Below are positions 15,814 to 18,050 of a DNA stretch of 18,050 nt, piece after piece. Position 1 is the stretch's first letter. Every line of letters begins with the position of its first letter. The stretch is from assembly GCA_030622515.1 (NCBI GenBank), contig JAUXGB010000013.1:1-18050 (forward strand), in the 5' to 3' direction. This DNA is from Candidatus Altiarchaeota archaeon. GTDB taxonomy: Archaea; SpSt-1190; DYHY01. Below the pieces are notes generated by a model. That model searched no databases. It was not told where the DNA came from and saw only the letters and a list, made by a program, of their open reading frames with translations. Position numbers and translations under genes: made by a program.

Positions 15814-16005
15814 TCATCCCCCAATAATGTCCTTCCCCACAGCTGCCAAAGTGTCTCCTGCCCCGCCAACACCACCTCTCCCTATCAGGTCAGACCATGA
15901 GCCAAGGGAGAAAATCTGGCCGAAAGCTATGGCAACAACAACCATCCCGATAATGAAAACCATGGTCCATACCAGATTTGAATTAACAACCTTGAACGCC
16001 ATCAT
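15814..16005 (-). CDS. Small single-TM protein (63 aa)
   Basis: It has a TM helix (VWTMVFIIGMVVVAIAF) and a Gly-rich tail. Its ATG overlaps the upstream TGA (ATGA). Confidence 0.5.
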   Translation of the reverse strand: MMAFKVVNSNLVWTMVFIIGMVVVAIAFGQIFSLGSWSDLIGRGGVGGAGDTLAAVGKDIIGG

Positions 16006-16157
16006 GTCACCTGCCCAATACCAATAGCCTTTGCTATATTTGCAAGCTGGCCCCAGTAGCCCACCATTGACTGGCCCTGTGTAAGCATGAGGGCGACCAC
16101 TACCATCCCGACCAGCGCAAAGACAACGAAGTAAATTATTCTGTTAACGCTTGCCAT
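16002..16157 (-). CDS. Small single-TM protein, 51 aa (MASVNRIIYFVVFALVGMVVVALMLTQGQSMVGYWGQLANIAKAIGIGQVT), not in the ORF track
   Basis: My own translation gives an ATG at 16155-16157 overlapping the upstream TAA (TAATG). The TGA at 16002-16004 overlaps the next ATG (ATGA). Confidence 0.5.
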   Translation of the reverse strand: MASVNRIIYFVVFALVGMVVVALMLTQGQSMVGYWGQLANIAKAIGIGQVT

Positions 16158-16351
16158 TACAACCAGTCCATCCCCGGGAAGAGGTCGTGAAAGAGGGTTG
16201 TGTAAAAGCTGATTGCCAAGTTGTAAACCCCGGTGAAAATTCTTCCCATGCCCGGCATAATAGCAAAGCCAAGCGCGCCTATAATCACAACAATGGTTAT
16301 CACTGCCTTCAGGTTAAATGCCGGCTGTCCCACATTTCCGTCATCTGACAT
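16157..16351 (-). CDS. Small single-TM protein (64 aa)
   Basis: It starts 4 nt after the stop of the platform gene, with GGTGTGAGAT upstream. It has a TM helix (AVITIVVIIGALGFAIM). Confidence 0.5.
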   Translation of the reverse strand: MSDDGNVGQPAFNLKAVITIVVIIGALGFAIMPGMGRIFTGVYNLAISFYTTLFHDLFPGMDWL

Positions 16352-16354
16352 ATC

Positions 16355-18050
16355 TCACACCAACAGTGTCGAGCTGAGCGCGCCAAATACCAGCGATATC
16401 ACAGCTGTCACCAATCCATATAGTATGGCGCCAACTACTAAAACTTTTCCAAGGATTGCTTCCGTCCCAACCTTGTCGTCAACCCCGTACTGCAGCCCGC
16501 CAATAAAGTATCCCATTATTGTCAGCAGTATGATGGTGTAAAAACCAACGACAAGCTGGAGGAAGCTTGCCTGCATAGTCCCCTGAATGTTTATCATGCT
16601 CTGGATAAAAGAGCCCGAATAGGCCTGAAGCGCTCCCCCTGCAAAGACGTTCTCAACCTCGGTCGCAATCCTCAAAACTATAGTGGTTATCAGCTGCGAC
16701 AGCCCGACCACGACCCCGCTGATAAGGGGGATAAGAAACAGCGCCTGGAACTGCATTGATGTGACGTGGTCGCTCAAAACGTCCTCGACCTTGTTCTGCA
16801 CAGCCTGCAGGTTCTTCAGGTAGTTCGAGATGCTTAGTGTCGTGATAGCGGCAACCCGCGGCCCCTCCTTTGCCGACTCAACAATAACCGACATAACATT
16901 CTTGACTATCGATGACGGGAACAAATTGATTGAGCCAAACCTCTTGTCAAAAATCGCCATCTCAAGCGGCATTCCCCCCCTTGTCACGTTGGCAATAGTA
17001 TTTTGGAAAAACTTGGCCGTTGTCGTTCCCTTCAAATCAGCCGCCGCCCTCTGGAAGGCCTCCTCAAGCGGCTTGCCCTGGTCAAGAATATTCCCCAGCT
17101 GGAAAAGGGACGAAGAGAACTCCTCTTCCATCCTGAATATCTTCTCCCTAAGCTCAAGCTTTTGGAAAGACACCAGATAGAAGTAGGCGCCAATAGCTAC
17201 GCCAAGTGCAACAATCAGCGGAAGGGTTATGAGGGCGCTCGCCCCCGCCGTGCTTCCCTGTGGTATCTGCGCTGAAAGTATCCTCCCGTTCGACGCTGAA
17301 ATCGCCATAAGGGTTATTGACGAGAGGAGAAGGAAGATGGCGAGTGAGGGGATAATCGCGGGAACGTTTATTTCTTTCCCCTTGGAAATCTCAAGCCTGA
17401 AGTGGCCGGGAGGGGCAAGCTCTGGATATTTTGTCATATCTATCTTTGAAAAACCACTTGGCCTTGTGCTCAGGATGTAAACAATCACAAGTATCATGAT
17501 GAACGGGAGGAAAAAGTCGTAGATAACCACGAGAGGGGCTGCAATGCTCCCCTCCGACATGAAAATGCTTGCAACAGGCGCCATGACTAGGCCGAGAATC
17601 GGCAGCAAAACCCCCAGCGCGTTGGTGATGGCAACAGGCATGCCTAATCCCCTTGCGAATCCTTCCATCTTAAGCTTCGTGTCCTCAAGCGCAAGGTTAA
17701 TCGCCTTCTCCAGCGTCCTCAACCTCAGCGCATCGTTAGGCTCATCAGGCGAGTTGGCAACAAGATACAATGCGTTTGAAAAACCCGGCGCCCACTTCTT
17801 CACCCTCTGGCTGTAATTCAGCAGCGCCTCCTTCATGTCAAGGTGAATCTTCAGCTCAACCTCCCACATCATCAGCTTAAACTCCCTGCCGATTGGTTCC
17901 GGCACGGTTCGAGACGCAAAGCTGACCGCCTTCTCAAGGCTTGGCGAGACCCTCAGGCTGATTACAAGGTAGAGAATAGCCAGCGGCGACTGGCCAAGGA
18001 TTGTCATCCTCAACCCCTTCATTCTCCAGTATGGGTAAAACATCACGACC
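16355..18050 (-). CDS. FlaJ/TadC/PilC-family (T2SS-F domain) polytopic membrane platform protein of a type-IV-filament system; the 5' end is at or just beyond the window edge
   Basis: The 563+ aa protein has an N-terminal TM helix followed by a cytoplasmic alpha-helical domain. Multiple TM blocks are separated by a second soluble domain. This length and topology are typical of archaeal FlaJ/TadC. The frame is open to nt 18050. Confidence 0.7.
   Translation of the reverse strand, partial: VVMFYPYWRMKGLRMTILGQSPLAILYLVISLRVSPSLEKAVSFASRTVPEPIGREFKLMMWEVELKIHLDMKEALLNYSQRVKKWAPGFSNALYLVANSPDEPNDALRLRTLEKAINLALEDTKLKMEGFARGLGMPVAITNALGVLLPILGLVMAPVASIFMSEGSIAAPLVVIYDFFLPFIMILVIVYILSTRPSGFSKIDMTKYPELAPPGHFRLEISKGKEINVPAIIPSLAIFLLLSSITLMAISASNGRILSAQIPQGSTAGASALITLPLIVALGVAIGAYFYLVSFQKLELREKIFRMEEEFSSSLFQLGNILDQGKPLEEAFQRAAADLKGTTTAKFFQNTIANVTRGGMPLEMAIFDKRFGSINLFPSSIVKNVMSVIVESAKEGPRVAAITTLSISNYLKNLQAVQNKVEDVLSDHVTSMQFQALFLIPLISGVVVGLSQLITTIVLRIATEVENVFAGGALQAYSGSFIQSMINIQGTMQASFLQLVVGFYTIILLTIMGYFIGGLQYGVDDKVGTEAILGKVLVVGAILYGLVTAVISLVFGALSSTLLV

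Noticed and set aside
1-18050. CRISPR arrays, IS elements, integrases, rRNA
   Set aside because: There are no repeat-spacer periodicity, no transposase- or integrase-like ORFs and no rRNA-like conserved blocks. The only repeats are the 15-nt pairs noted above.

Overview
This is an archaeal chromosomal window. The archaeal assignment rests on an Alba chromatin protein, TATA/BRE-like promoters placed for leaderless mRNAs, and many proteins with class III (prepilin-like) N-termini.

The left 4.7 kb is housekeeping. It holds the 3' part of glmS, a COG2108-like radical SAM gene split by an in-frame TGA, albA, an orphan 198-aa protein, an SPFH/stomatin-family protein and a 2x[4Fe-4S] ferredoxin.

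From 4748 to the right edge the window is filled by a single minus-strand gene array of about 13.3 kb. It begins with a FlaJ/TadC/PilC-type polytopic membrane platform protein. Next comes a run of tiny single-TM proteins. After that come at least 13 proteins whose N-termini look like class III signal peptides (M[KR]G + hydrophobic helix), including a 753-aa protein and a 668-aa cysteine-repeat protein.

Genes in the array are separated by 0-10 nt or overlap (ATGA/TAATG), and several use GTG/TTG starts. Two or three small ORFs in the array are absent from the ORF track. The ATPase and promoter presumably lie beyond 18050. None of the array's products except the platform protein has recognisable homology, so I read it as an uncharacterised type-IV-filament-like surface or secretion system with unusually large, disulfide-rich 'pilin-like' cargo. 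No tRNA, rRNA, CRISPR array or mobile element is detectable.
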